A stretch of 64,000 nt of DNA from Octopus bimaculoides (lineage: Eukaryota): the NCBI RefSeq assembly GCF_001194135.2, contig NC_068983.1:141228495-141292494 (forward strand). The letters are read 5' to 3'. Positions 12,585-25,370 of this stretch are shown here, one piece after another. The notes under the pieces were generated by a model. It was not told the origin of the DNA and made no database searches. It was given only the letters and a program-made list of their open reading frames with translations. The translations under genes and the position numbers were made by a program. Position 1 is the stretch's first letter; the number at the start of each line of letters is the position of its first letter.

Positions 12585-12739
12585 TAGGCGCAGGAGTGAC
12601 TGTGACTTGCTTACCAACCATATGGTTCCGGGTTCAGCCCCACTGCATGGCACCTTGGGCAAGTGTCTTCTACTATAGCCTCGGGCCAACCAAAGCCTTG
12701 TGAGTGGATTTGGTAGACGGAAACTGAAAGACCGTCGTA
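12585..12739 (+). mobile_element. tRNA-derived SINE, family C (5' half)
   Basis: taggcgcaggagtg...ggttccgggttcagccccactg...ccttgggcaagtgtcttctactatagcc; matches the intact copy at 36834-37254. Confidence 0.88.
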
Positions 12740-12765
12740 AGTATATGTGTGTGTGTGTGTGATAG

Positions 12766-12796
12766 GTGAACCGTGATATGGCGAGGGATTACTGTA
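12766..12796. mobile_element. Isolated terminal inverted repeat of pogo/Tigger-like MITE
   Basis: ccgtgatatggcgagggattactg+ta resembles the right TIR of the element at 56368-56862. Confidence 0.6.
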
Positions 12797-12820
12797 TATA
12801 TATATATATATAAATATATA

Positions 12821-12960
12821 TACGATGGGCTTCAATATCCCTCTACGAAATCTACTCACAAGGCTTTGGTCAGCTCGAGGCTATAGTAGAAGACACTTGC
12901 CCAAACTGCCACGCGGTCAGACTGAACCCAGAACCATGTGGTTGGGAGGCAAGTTTCTTA
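12821..12960 (-). mobile_element. tRNA-derived SINE, family C (5' half, inverted relative to 12585 copy)
   Basis: ctactcacaaggctttggtc...ctatagtagaagacacttgccc...ctgaacccagaaccatgtggttgg is the reverse complement of the family C head and body. Confidence 0.85.
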
Positions 12961-13202
12961 TGGTATATATTATAATATTTAATAATAGTATTATACATAT
13001 TTACGTTACTAAGTTTCAAAATCTTTTGTGTAGGGTCCGAGATATCATGTGCCTTAAGTGAAAGGAAAACGTTCAATTTCTTTTATAAACAGAAAGTAGG
13101 GTCTGAGGGTAGTGAGATTGTGGCTTAATTGAAGAGTGAAAAGCAGTCATGTGCATTTCTGTGGCCAAGTATAGTAGTAGTAGTAGTAGTAATATGTCCA
13201 AT

Positions 13203-13256
<54 letters not shown>

Positions 13257-13398
13257 GTGTAAGCATGCATATACGTATATATNNNNNNNNNNNNNNNNNN
13301 NNNNNNNNNNNNNNNNNNNNNNNNNNNNNNNNNNNNNNNNNNNNNNNNNNNNNNNNNNNNNNNNNNNNNNNNNNNNNNNNNNNNNNNNNNNNNNNNNN

Positions 13399-13438
<40 letters not shown>

Positions 13439-14129
13439 ACCTCAAGAACTTTTGCGATGGATTCCAGTAGCTATAATACTACTGTACTCTACTCGGATAA
13501 ATATCTTATATTTTAAGGCAGAACCAGGAAGGATGCAATCAATTGTCTCTTATTCTGATTGTAAAAAAAAAATCGGTGTTGTTTTTCTACGGATGTATAA
13601 TTGTTTTCTCTTTTTTTTTTTTTCAGGTGTAGTTAATCGTTGATCCTGAGCCGCTGAGATACAAACTTCTCTTTTATTATAGCCATTGTGAACTATAATA
13701 TTTATTTACTTGCGTCCTCTTTGTCTAGTTTCACCGAATATTTACCAAGCAATCGCTTTACTTCCGATTTTTTAAATTTTGTTTCTATTTTTAGGTTTAG
13801 GTTTTGTTTTAAATTTGTCTTTTGAAATTGTGTTTCTGTTTCCTGTTATCCTTACTTAAACATTTTCCGTTGCTAAAGTTAACTTATAGGCCGTATATCA
13901 TTGTTTACTTCAATACAAGGAAAATGCTATTTATATTGTCATATTTCTAATTTGTTATATCCAACAAAAGTTACAAACAGATTATTTTCTATTTGGATCA
14001 GGCCTTTTCTCTTCACCATTTATATTGTCTGTCAATATCAACTTTATGATATGAGTATCCATGACAACATCTTCTGGTAGATACTTTTTACAGCACTAAG
14101 CCACACCATGATCATAAGCCCAACCCACG

Positions 14130-14450
14130 CAAAAATATCTCCTGAGATATATGCCTGTGTGATTGTACGTGCAGTTTTGATATCATTTCTGCTTGTTACC
14201 TTAGGTTTGGATATAAAGAATGGAAGAACCAGGATCATTCATTATCTTCTCTTCATAGATGACACTAAATTATATGTTAAAAGTTTCCCCTGGCTCCTCA
14301 GTATTGAGAAAGCATATGAAAATATCATATGGACTGGATAAATATTTACATTATGATAAATAGAAAGAAGACAGCTAATTCCGGAAGATGATTTATAATT
14401 CTATGGAGAGGAGATAATAGAGGAGTTGGATAAACTGGATTTTTACGAAT
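14130..14450 (+). mobile_element. R4/Dong-clade LINE RT fragment (motifs 4-7), degenerate
   Basis: LDIKNGRTRIIHYLLFIDDTKLYVKS matches the R4/Dong-type INHLLFMDDLKLY motif. The downstream GEEIIEELDKLDFY resembles the G..IKE...YKYLG region. Confidence 0.65.
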
Positions 14451-15599
14451 GAGAAATGTTTGTTTTGACATTGTCGAAAACAGGTTAAAATTCCATTTCA
14501 GTAGCAGAAAGAACAACTAAGCGATGTAAAAATAGTTTGAATGGCTGCTTTAATATGCAATTCCTTAACATTACCCAGAGGCGTGACTTACGTAAAATTC
14601 TATAAATTTCAACATTTGAAATACTAGAAAAATCGTCTTACAGTACTTAAATCCAACATCCAAAGACTATTGAGTATTAATTTTAAGAAGCATGTTGTCC
14701 ATACTCCTTTCTATCTTTCAAACTAACGAGGGGATCTGCTACATAGTTTTCTTATCTATGATCCTACAAGATATAATTGATTATCAGAGAAGCAACAAGG
14801 TTCGCCAAATAAACTGAATTAGGATTCGAACAAATATTTAAACATAAGGCAAAGCACAAACGGATACATTAATTGCACTTTGGGAAACAACCAGAACGAT
14901 ATACCTTTACAAGAGTCAAGCCTCCTACAGAATTAATGCTCCTCATATAATTAGAACAAATAGCCCTGACCTGAAGGCAAACATCCTGCCGAACGGTGCA
15001 ACATAAAGACGATTGTTTGACATATAAGAGTAGGCCATTGCCACAAGATATAATGAATGGAATATCTAATGAATGTCATAAACTTCAGAGTAAATACAAT
15101 GGCAGGATATGTGATGCGTGTGATTCAATACAGCAAATCAAATCTCGAATTACTTGATTAAATCTTTCAAAGAATTCTCACGGAGGATGTCGTGTTTGTT
15201 AGATAACTAAGAGATGAAACATTATTAATATCAAATGACAATACAAGAAGGGATATTAAGAGCGAAGCAGATGTATACAGAGGTGCAATTGTCAACTTAA
15301 AATGTTATATATTAAAATGTCAATGAAAACACGTTAACTATGAGAACAATATTGAAAAGAAATACCTGAAAGTAAAGTGTTTCTCTTCACTCGTCTGAGC
15401 GTTAGAGAAGTAGAGTTAGGCGAAGGAGAGATCAGAACGATAAGAGGGAAATGAAAGGTGTATGACTGGAAATGCAAGACAGACACGCTACAGCAAATAA
15501 GTCAAAAGTAACTAAAATCACTGCAGACAAATGATGAACACTATAGTGGAAAAGTATTTACATCATGAAAAAAAAAATTAAATTCCAGGTTATTAAAAT

Positions 15600-15960
15600 G
15601 TGTTAGAAACAAGAGTATTGCAGCACATTAGAGGATGGTAAGTGACATCATGCTTGTACGACTAATGCGAGTAGCTCCGACAAAAATTTGAAGATGTATT
15701 TGAAGAGACAGGATGCCAAGCTTGATAGACGCTATGGAATTGCATAGGGGAGCATAGATAAATCAGGGCTAGATAAATTTCACTTATATAAATTCGTGAG
15801 CGGATATAATTAAGAAATATAATGTTTTCATTGATGTATTTCATGTAGACATTTTCCTCATAATATATTTTCCTGTTGGCGTCATATATATGGAGTAATT
15901 TTACATCAAGGAATGGAACGTACAATTTCTTGTAAGTTAGACCCCCTCATGCTCTCAGCA
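15600..15960 (-). mobile_element. Penelope-like element RT thumb fragment
   Basis: Minus ORF VPFLDVKL...VYMKYINENI resembles the PLE PFLD...VY.K.TN motif. Part of it recurs inverted at 16752-16876. Confidence 0.5.
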
Positions 15961-15974
15961 GACAAAATAAAAAG

Positions 15975-16200
15975 GCGTTGTCCCGGAGGATGGCGACGGA
16001 GATCCGCTGGAACAGCCGCCACTCTGACTCACAGGACTCGCACTTGCGGACAGCCATCTTTGCCCTGATACCGGCGAGCAGGGTATGGGAAAATGTCATA
16101 CCGATATGCCTGTTACCGTTCCGCCCATGCTGGGAAGGTAAACCTGCGGCGTCAAAGCCATGTTTTATGATTTTGTTAAGGGCGGCATGGCGTGGAAGGC
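15975..16200 (-). mobile_element. CRE/RLE-type non-LTR retrotransposon C-terminus fragment
   Basis: GC-rich island translating to ...AKMAVRKCESCESEWRLFQRISVAILRDNA, matching the LFQR(L/I)SVA(I)QRGNA terminal motif of CRE-type restriction-like endonuclease domains. Confidence 0.55.
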
Positions 16201-16954
16201 GACCAACACTGTTGTTTCTTTTGCTGATGGTGTCGTTCTGTATTAGGTGTAAATATTAGGTGTTGCACGAGGATGCCGAGTTATGGGCATTCTGCAGTTT
16301 TATCCAGGCTTCCGTCTTTGAGGATGGAATGAGTTTTATATTTCTATTTTCCTTCTCGCCATAATAACAACAACCTTCTACTTGTCTCGAAAAAATATCC
16401 CCTCAAAAGGATTTCGAAGGGATTTAGCAGTGACCATGTATGTTGAGACTGAAAGCACGTGTACAGTTCTACTGGTATTTAGATATTTCAACATTTTGAA
16501 CCATAGCAATGAGTGTATGAAGAAAATTAGGAGTAATAACAGCAATATCATCAAGACATTTATTGCCAGTGACAACAAAAAATAACAAAAATCAGACCAT
16601 CAACAAGTTATTCTTCTCTATTTATAACGAAAACCACTTTTAGGCTAGGTACTTCACAAAAGTGAACAGAAATTATAACAGTTGCAACATCACACGGACA
16701 GGCAAAAACTCAAATAAAAATGTGCCTCTAACTGAACAACAATTTAGCCCCACATGAAATACATCAATAAAAACATTATTTTTCTTAATCATATCCGCTC
16801 AAGGATTTATAAAAGTGAAATTTATCTAGCTCTGATTTATCTATTCTCCTTTATGCAATTCCATAGCATCTGTCAACACCTATCCCCACAAGCAAAACAG
16901 CAGACGTAAAATATACATAAACCAACTTCAATAAAACTACATGCATTGGACCAG

Positions 16955-17309
16955 ATGTTTTTCCAAATTCTTTCTTTTAGTAATTTTCTGTTTTAGGTGT
17001 ATCTGGGGTGGTGGTGTTAATGAGGTGTAAGATAATGTCTTTTGATGAAAATGTTTGTTGATAGAAGTGTCTTTATATATATTGTTTGGGAGGGGAGGGG
17101 AGATGGGAGAGATTGTGCAAGCTGAAAAAGTATATGAGCTAACATGACCTCCCCACCTCCCCTCCCAAACCAATATATATATAAAAGAAACACTTCTATC
17201 AACAAGCATTTTTATCAAAAGACATGTATCTTGCACCTCATTAACACTACCACCACCAAACACACACCTGAAACAGAAAATTACTAAAAGAAAGAATTTG
17301 GGAAAACAT
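16955..17309. repeat. About 150-bp-arm inverted repeat with about 45-nt spacer, in Penelope-like context
   Basis: 16955-17102 is the reverse complement of 17148-17309 (for example ccaaattctttcttttagtaattttctgttt matches exactly) with scattered substitutions and indels. Confidence 0.9.
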
Positions 17310-17789
17310 ATAGTCATTAGATTTCTGACAGACCAACTATTCGAACGGCTTCACAAAACACTCCCTTAACATCCCACCACCTCCCAACTCCACTCCCAAT
17401 CAAGTATCTTGTGTTGACCATTCACTACTTTCACTCTCACACTGATTAACAAATCCTAACCCACCCCAAACACAGCCAAATCTCATATAGGACCACAAAG
17501 CCCAAATCCTCAGATCTGCTGGACAACGAAAGCAAGAAAGTTTTCCCAAAAAGTTAACAAGGAACTTTTTAAAACAATCTCCAGGCCCAAGTTAACAAAG
17601 AACTTACTAGATTTATGAAGTAAAATTTATATTATTAAAAAAAAACAATAAATTAAACTGATTAGAACTGCTAGTGAAGTCATTCATTTTCTTTTTTCAT
17701 ATATACCTAACTGTACCAAGGGCCTCACACATTTTCCAATATATATATATATATATTGCTACAGTATAATTTCCACAGACTTAATTTTC

Positions 17790-18500
17790 TGCCTATTAGA
17801 GATTGGCTGAGGACACACCAGATACCATCACTGAATCTTTGTCTGTTGTTTACCATAGAATGCAGCTCCAAGAAAAATATGACCTTCGTTAAAACGTGAA
17901 ATACAAATCGAGATCAGCTTCAGAAGATGTCTGCACATGCTGAACTCACTTACCAGAGGGCTTTGGAGCAGAGACAATGAATGTATTAGCTACTTTATCT
18001 TCACCTTAAAGGGATAGCTTCCTTGTACCCCAGTTATGAGTGAGACTGACTACCATGCTTGTAATCTAGTCTCAGTTCCAGTCCTCGTGAAGTTACGGAT
18101 CGAACCAGACTCTGAGCAGTTTAACTAGTACACCTGGCCAGCGTCCCACATTGTTCGACTTCACATACCTATCTCAGCAAGTGTCACGTTATATAAGTCC
18201 ACCGACTTCACGAGATTTGCCTTTGCTCCTGCCATCGCCTCACATTCCTTTAGAATGATGCCGACCAACTCTACTTCCGTGGCGTCCTACACCATTTTGA
18301 TGACATTATCCTCACACGTCTCTCACTTCAGACTGGATAACACTCAATACTTTGCAAGCCAATACTTACACAAGCAACAAGAGAGGATATCCTTGATGGC
18401 CGGAAACAGCAACATGAAGTTGTTGCTTAAGGTATGTAGCGGATTGAATTGACTTCATTTGAATACTTGTAGTCAGTAGATCAATACGATTAACTGAATC
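17790..18500 (-). mobile_element. L1/Tx1-clade LINE RT fragment, degenerate
   Basis: Minus frames: SGHQGYPL (motif 4, RQGCPL), DATEVELVGIILKECEAMAGAKANLVKSVDL, GRWPGVLVKLLRVWFDP, WGTRKLSL*GEDKVAN. These are typical of Tx1-like RT and thumb regions. Confidence 0.75.
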
Positions 18501-18930
18501 CAACGCCAATACCTGTTTTCATTCAGAACGTAAAATGATTCAACTAAAAACCGCAAGGCTTTTAGTAGAGTATTAAAAAAATGCTTTGCAGCATAGGTAT
18601 ATAAGATGATAAGAGGAGAGAGCGGTGGTTTGAGAAACATTAATTTTAATATTCTTTCTGCCTGTATTCTATTTATTCAATAGTATCGCACTTTAAAGAT
18701 TTCTTTGATTTTTCCGGTAAAGTTTATTGCAAACTTATCGATGAACCTGAAGAAACAATTTTTTAAAATGATACTGACAATAATGTTCACTACCACACAA
18801 AGAATAGCCAGGAAAGATGTGACGAGGGAACAAGGTAAGGCGGAAGAATATATAATAATGGTAAAAGTCATGAATAGTCATAAGACGTCGATGGTAATGG
18901 TGATAATGATGCGTACTCCTCAGCAACTTA

Positions 18931-18976
<46 letters not shown>

Positions 18977-21002
18977 TGGCGGTGAGGAGGAGTACAAAGA
19001 GGTGAAAGATGATGATCATGATGGAAAATTAACAATATTCGGAGACTTTCTATCCCAGAAAGAACACGAGGACCATAATAGTTATGATTCATAGCCTAGT
19101 ACTGTCGACCTATATCTAACAACTAGAACAAAACCCGAAAGCGAAAATTTACACCACAGTCATAACAGAGTAAGACTTGCAAGCTATGAGATAGAAAGCA
19201 AAAATAAATCAAGATTAATCAGCAAAATAACAGTAATATGACGGCATCAAAGACTTAGACCGTTTATGAAAAAATGACCATAAACTAAAATCATGGGAAT
19301 AAACGTGACCAAATTCAACAACCAGTATATCGAAGCCTACTAAGCAAAGATAGTACAGGAACCGACAACTGAAATCAAAAGGAAACATCGTACAAGCACT
19401 AATGCCAAAACGTAGGAATATGGAATAAATAGATCTGGAATGGGAAGGTAAGTTAAATATAAAGATAAAAGATTTTTTTTAAAAATTAATATAGCTAATG
19501 GATACAAGTTGAGATAAACTTTCTAAAATATATTGCATTTCTGCTCACGAAGGCGAAATTTTGCACCTTATCATAACATATGAGTAAATGACACGCAAAC
19601 GTGCATTTACTNNNNNNNNNNNNNNNNNNNNNNNNNNNNNNNNNNNNNNNNNNNNNNNNNNNNNNNNNNNNNNNNNNNNNNNNNNNNNNNNNNNNNNNNN
19701 NNNNNNNNNNNNNNNNNNNNNNNNNNNNNNNNNNNNNNNNNNNNNNNNNNNNNNNNNNNNNNNNNNNNNNNNNNNNNNNNNNNNNNNNNNNNNNNNNNNN
19801 NNNNNNNNNNNNNNNNNNNNNNNNNNNNNNNNNNNNNNNNNNNNNNNNNNNNNNNNNNNNNNNNNNNNNNNNNNNNNNNNNNNNNNNNNNNNNNNNNNNN
19901 NNNNNNNNNNNNNNNNNNNNNNNNNNNNNNNNNNNNNNNNNNNNNNNNNNNNNNNNNNNNNNNNNNNNNNNNNNNNNNNNNNNNNNNNNNNNNNNNNNNN
20001 NNNNNNNNNNNNNNNNNNNNNNNNNNNNNNNNNNNNNNNNNNNNNNNNNNNNNNNNNNNNNNNNNNNNNNNNNNNNNNNNNNNNNNNNNNNNNNNNNNNN
20101 NNNNNNNNNNNNNNNNNNNNNNNNNNNNNNNNNNNNNNNNNNNNNNNNNNNNNNNNNNNNNNNNNNNNNNNNNNNNNNNNNNNNNNNNNNNNNNNNNNNN
20201 NNNNNNNNNNNNNNNNNNNNNNNNNNNNNNNNNNNNNNNNNNNNNNNNNNNNNNNNNNNNNNNNNNNNNNNNNNNNNNNNNNNNNNNNNNNNNNNNNNNN
20301 NNNNNNNNNNNNNNNNNNNNNNNNNNNNNNNNNNNNNNNNNNNNNNNNNNNNNNNNNNNNNNNNNNNNNNNNNNNNNNNNNNNNNNNNNNNNNNNNNNNN
20401 NNNNNNNNNNNNNNNNNNNNNNNNNNNNNNNNNNNNNNNNNNNNNNNNNNNNNNNNNNNNNNNNNNNNNNNNNNNNNNNNNNNNNNNNNNNNNNNNNNNN
20501 NNNNNNNNNNNNNNNNNNNNNNNNNNNNNNNNNNNNNNNNNNNNNNNNNNNNNNNNNNNNNNNNNNNNNNNNNNNNNNNNNNNTATATATATATATATAT
20601 ATATACATACATACATACATACATACATACATACACATATATATATATATATTCACCAAACAACCACTATCGTGTTTCTCTCTCCACTTTCCTTCTTTTC
20701 ACTCTCGTAGTACTACTCCCCTCTCTCTTTTTCTCTCCCGCCCCCTCTTCTCCTCCGTGTGTGTGTGCGTGTGTGTGTGTGTGAGCGTGAGTGTGTATTT
20801 ATTTGCTTTTATTGTTATATATTCCTGTATTTTCCCGAGTGTTTTTCTGGGTTATTGCGTTTAAGTTTTTATATTTCTATGTGTATGCATTTTCTGCAAG
20901 TTATGATCTCACTCTCTCACTCCCTTCTTTCATTCTATATCTCTCTTTTCTTCTGTGTCAGTCTGTCTGTCAGTTTCTCTCTATCTTCCACTCTCTGTCT
21001 CC

Positions 21003-21049
<47 letters not shown>

Positions 21050-21761
21050 NNNNNNNNNNNNNNNNNNNNNNNNNNNNNNNNNNNNNNNNNNNNNNNNNNN
21101 NNNNNNNNNNNNNNNNNNNNNNNNNNNNNNNNNNNNNNNNNNNNNNNNNNNNNNNNNNNNNNNNNNNNNNNNNNNNNNNNNNNNNNNNNNNNNNNNNNNN
21201 NNNNNNNNNNNNNNNNNNNNNNNNNNNNNNNNNNNNNNNNNNNNNNNNNNNNNNNNNNNNNNNNNNNNNNNNNNNNNNNNNNNNNNNNNNNNNNNNNNNN
21301 NNNNNNNNNNNNNNNNNNNNNNNNNNNNNNNNNNNNNNNNNNNNNNNNNNNNNNNNNNNNNNNNNNNNNNNNNNNNNNNNNNNNNNNNNNNNNNNNNNNN
21401 NNNNNNNNNNNNNNNNNNNNNNNNNNNNNNNNNNNNNNNNNNNNNNNNNNNNNNNNNNNNNNNNNNNNNNNNNNNNNNNNNNNNNNNNNNNNNNNNNNNN
21501 NNNNNNNNNNNNNNNNNNNNNNNNNNNNNNNNNNNNNNNNNNNNNNNNNNNNNNNNNNNNNNNNNNNNNNNNNNNNNNNNNNNNNNNNNNNNNNNNNNNN
21601 NNNNNNNNNNNNNNNNNNNNNNNNNNNNNNNNNNNNNNNNNNNNNNNNNNNNNNNNNNNNNNNNNNNNNNNNNNNNNNNNNNNNNNNNNNNNNNNNNNNN
21701 NNNNNNNNNNNNNNNNNTATATATACATATATATATACACACACACACACACACATATATT

Positions 21762-21834
<73 letters not shown>

Positions 21835-22485
21835 CTTGGCAAATATCATAAAGCTGCAATGAGAATATTATCTTAGTGTATTAATTTTGCCAAAGAACTC
21901 TAAGAAATTGGAATTTGTTTTTACTTTTGAGAATTATGTTGAGAAATGTAAAGAGAGATTAAAGTGTTTTTGACACGAAGAAAATAAAGCATTCTGTACA
22001 TATATGCAAATAAATATTATACATACTTAGTATTCTTAGAAAAAGTGATGTTTTCTGGTAAAAAGACCAAGCACCCCGAGCAGAACTTCAGCCTTCATCA
22101 GTAGAGAAATAACGCCACTAATTCTAATGTGATGGCTGAATATCATATAGACTAGCGTCAGGAAGGTTTTGATAATAAACTATGAATCCTCGCATATTTG
22201 TCGACCGAAATCAAAACTTTTGCCTTATGTTTCAAATTATGTCAATAAATATCACAAATTTCAAAATAATAATTAAACATATAAAGGTGCATTTGCCGTA
22301 CAGAGAGTGCACGCAGTGAGAATATATCGTAGTTCTAATTAGAGCAAAGATTACTCATAAACTAGATAAATTCACAATTATGAGAATTATGAATGGAAGT
22401 AAATAGATAGCTTAAGCTGTTTCACAGATAGAAAATAAAATAGATTACACATAGATATATACACACACATATATATATATACACA

Positions 22486-22520
<35 letters not shown>

Positions 22521-23029
22521 ATATACATATACATTTGTAAATATAGACAAGTAACCGTCGATAAAAAAATATTGTAGGGGAAGTGAATGGATGGACAAGG
22601 ATGGACAGCGTTACATTGGGTTTAAGACAAAGGAATGGTACTAGGAAAAGGAAGGGGAGGATATGTGCTGGCTAGTTTGTGTTAGGGCGAAAGTTTGTGT
22701 AGCTAGCTAGCTTAGGTCGGGATGCGTATACATACATTCGCACACGCACACGGTCGTACATACACTCACACAAGGGACTTTAGCCCACCCGCCCATATGT
22801 TCAATTTCGGCTATAGTTCGTATAATTTATGGTTAGAAGATAATCTTACCATATGCCTGTCATCCCAATCACCAAAAGACTAGGGCAGCTCGCAGACAGT
22901 CTGAATCGCTCCACATCTATATCACCGAGGGTGAATCACACACCCTTACACCTGTATATACGTACCTACATGCGTACATACATTTACACATACATATACA
23001 CATATACATACACATGTCCATATATATAT

Positions 23030-23062
<33 letters not shown>

Positions 23063-23695
23063 CATTTATATATATATATATACACATACACACACATGTG
23101 TACGTATGTACCCATACATATATATATATATCCGAGTATAATTAACACAATAAAGTAAATATTTGTCTCTTTAGTTAATAAATCTATTGTGCTTTTTTCT
23201 TTTAAGGCTATACTCTAGTTTCTTGCTGTTGCGGTCTGTAGGCATCTTATGCGAACGTACCTAAATACAAGTAGCGTTCTCATCTGGTCCTTCTTCTGTA
23301 GGTTTGCAATTCATTCCAGTTAAGGGGTGCGGTTTAATCCGAGTTGTCGGGGTTATGGTTTGCATCAGTTAGGTGCAGTTGCATTATACTGTGTTAACAG
23401 GTATTTAGCTTTATGCACGCATCATGGCAGTCGTTCAGCAAATCTATTTATAATTTGCTCTTTTGCCAACAATATTGACAGCGATTACTCGGAACATAGC
23501 TGTCATTTCCAGGATAATGTGTTCTAGGGGCTCGCGAATCTAATTATTGACCATTATCTCAACTAACACTGCGGAGTTCCTCAAGTAGATCCAACGGTAA
23601 TATACCCCGACTGCGGATGACACCATGTAGTCCATACTGTGCCAGTGCTCTACTTAACTCTTCATCACACTAATCGACATATACCCATTAGTCTA

Positions 23696-23735
<40 letters not shown>

Positions 23736-24361
23736 NNNNNNNNNNNNNNNNNNNNNNNNNNNNNNNNNNNNNNNNNNNNNNNNNNNNNNNNNNNNNNNNN
23801 NNNNNNNNNNNNNNNNNNNNNNNNNNNNNNNNNNNNNNNNNNNNNNNNNNNNNNNNNNATATATATATATATATACACACACAAGTTTTCTGCAGCACCA
23901 TGCACCATGTGTTGCCAGTGAACATGGTCTTCAGTGACCACTTTTATCAGATATTACTTCTTGAGATACTTTTCATATTTTCATATTACATACTTTTGCA
24001 TTTATCTCAACGCAAAGCCAATCATAGAGTACATTCAGTTTTTTATCACCATATAACATTTCTACTTTACTCTATATTGAATATTCAGAGTTTTATGACT
24101 AAGAAATTCCTGGTTGGTGTTCGGTGAGCTGGACGACCACTGCGCATCAGCCACCCTTCAGCTTTTGGTAAAACACATCTTTCGGAAAAAGTCACTCTGA
24201 TATAAAACCGAATATGCAGGGAAAAGCTTTGAGCATTTCAGTGATCTTTTCCTTGCCCTTGAAATCATGGTACTTTCACATTCCTGGCCCTCCGAACCAT
24301 ATTGGTACGAGATATTTTGCACCAACTTAACTCTAAATGATGTCAATATGATATCAGTAGA

Positions 24362-24723
24362 GTGGAGCCTGTATGTGATAATGAGTTGTGCTTCCCAAAC
24401 ACATAGTTCCCGGGTTCGTTCCCACTGCTTGGCATTCTGAGCACATGTTTTCTACTATAGCTTCAGGCCGAATGTAGCCTTGTGAATGGATTTGGTAGAC
24501 GGAAACTAAAAGAAGCCGATCGTGTATCTATGTGTGTATATATGTGTGTGAGTTGCCCAGCCCACCTCTTGACAACCGGTGTTGGTGTGTTTACCCTCTG
24601 CAATTAAGCAATAGAATAAGTACCAAATTTAAAAACTCAGTACTGGGGTTGATTCATTCGGCTAAAGTTCTCCAACGCGGTGCCACAGCATGGTCGCAGT
24701 CTAATGACTGAAACAAGTAAAAG
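24362..24723 (+). mobile_element. tRNA-derived SINE, family C (full length, diverged)
   Basis: Colinear with 36834-37254 from the head (ttcccgggttcgttcccactg) to the 3' end (gtcgcagtctaatgactgaaacaagtaaaag). Confidence 0.85.
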
Positions 24724-25239
24724 GTAAATGATATATTTAACATTACAGATATCTTAAATATCAAGCAACATATTTTTTTAATTCATCAAAATTACCTCCA
24801 CCTTTAGACAATATATCATAATTACCAAATAGCACTTCAGTTCAGGTGATAATCTCAAAAGTAAAGAATTTCTCCGAAACTGACATGCCAATAAGGAGGA
24901 CGAGGAGCTTATTTGCTGGAGATAGGAGGACACTCGAGCACACGTATTTCTCGTTCAGTAGAGGTCATCAGTATGACAATTGTACAGTCTAATCTCTAGT
25001 AAACAAGGGACATAGACATATTCAAAGGAGTAGTATGAATTTGTCTTAGGTAATTTGTATAATTTAAATAAAGCAAAATAATTCAGAGTGGTGAGTGGCA
25101 TATATTTGAACAACATAGTCAAATGAAAAGGTGATTGGACTTGGCATCAGTTCCGTCTCAGCGGTTACTTAACCGAGTAGATGCTTAGAGGCATCCCTCC
25201 GGCGTTGTAGCAATTTTGTCAATACGCTTCTATGTTTTG

Positions 25240-25370
25240 GTACATATTTACGGCTCCGAAAGAATGAAAGGTAAACTTAACCTCCACGCCAGTTGAATAC
25301 AGAGTGAAATGAACCGGAACAAATAGCACAAAGCATTTTACCTAACGCTCTAACATTTCGGCCAATTAAC
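25240..25370 (-). mobile_element. SINE family A, strongly diverged fragment
   Basis: ccgaaagaatgaaaggtaaacttaacctc...aagcatttacctaacgctctaacatttcggcca aligns loosely to the reverse complement of family A. Confidence 0.5.

Noticed and set aside
23560-23610. CGVPQ resembling the CR1 RT motif GVPQG
   Set aside because: No flanking RT motifs were found in any frame.
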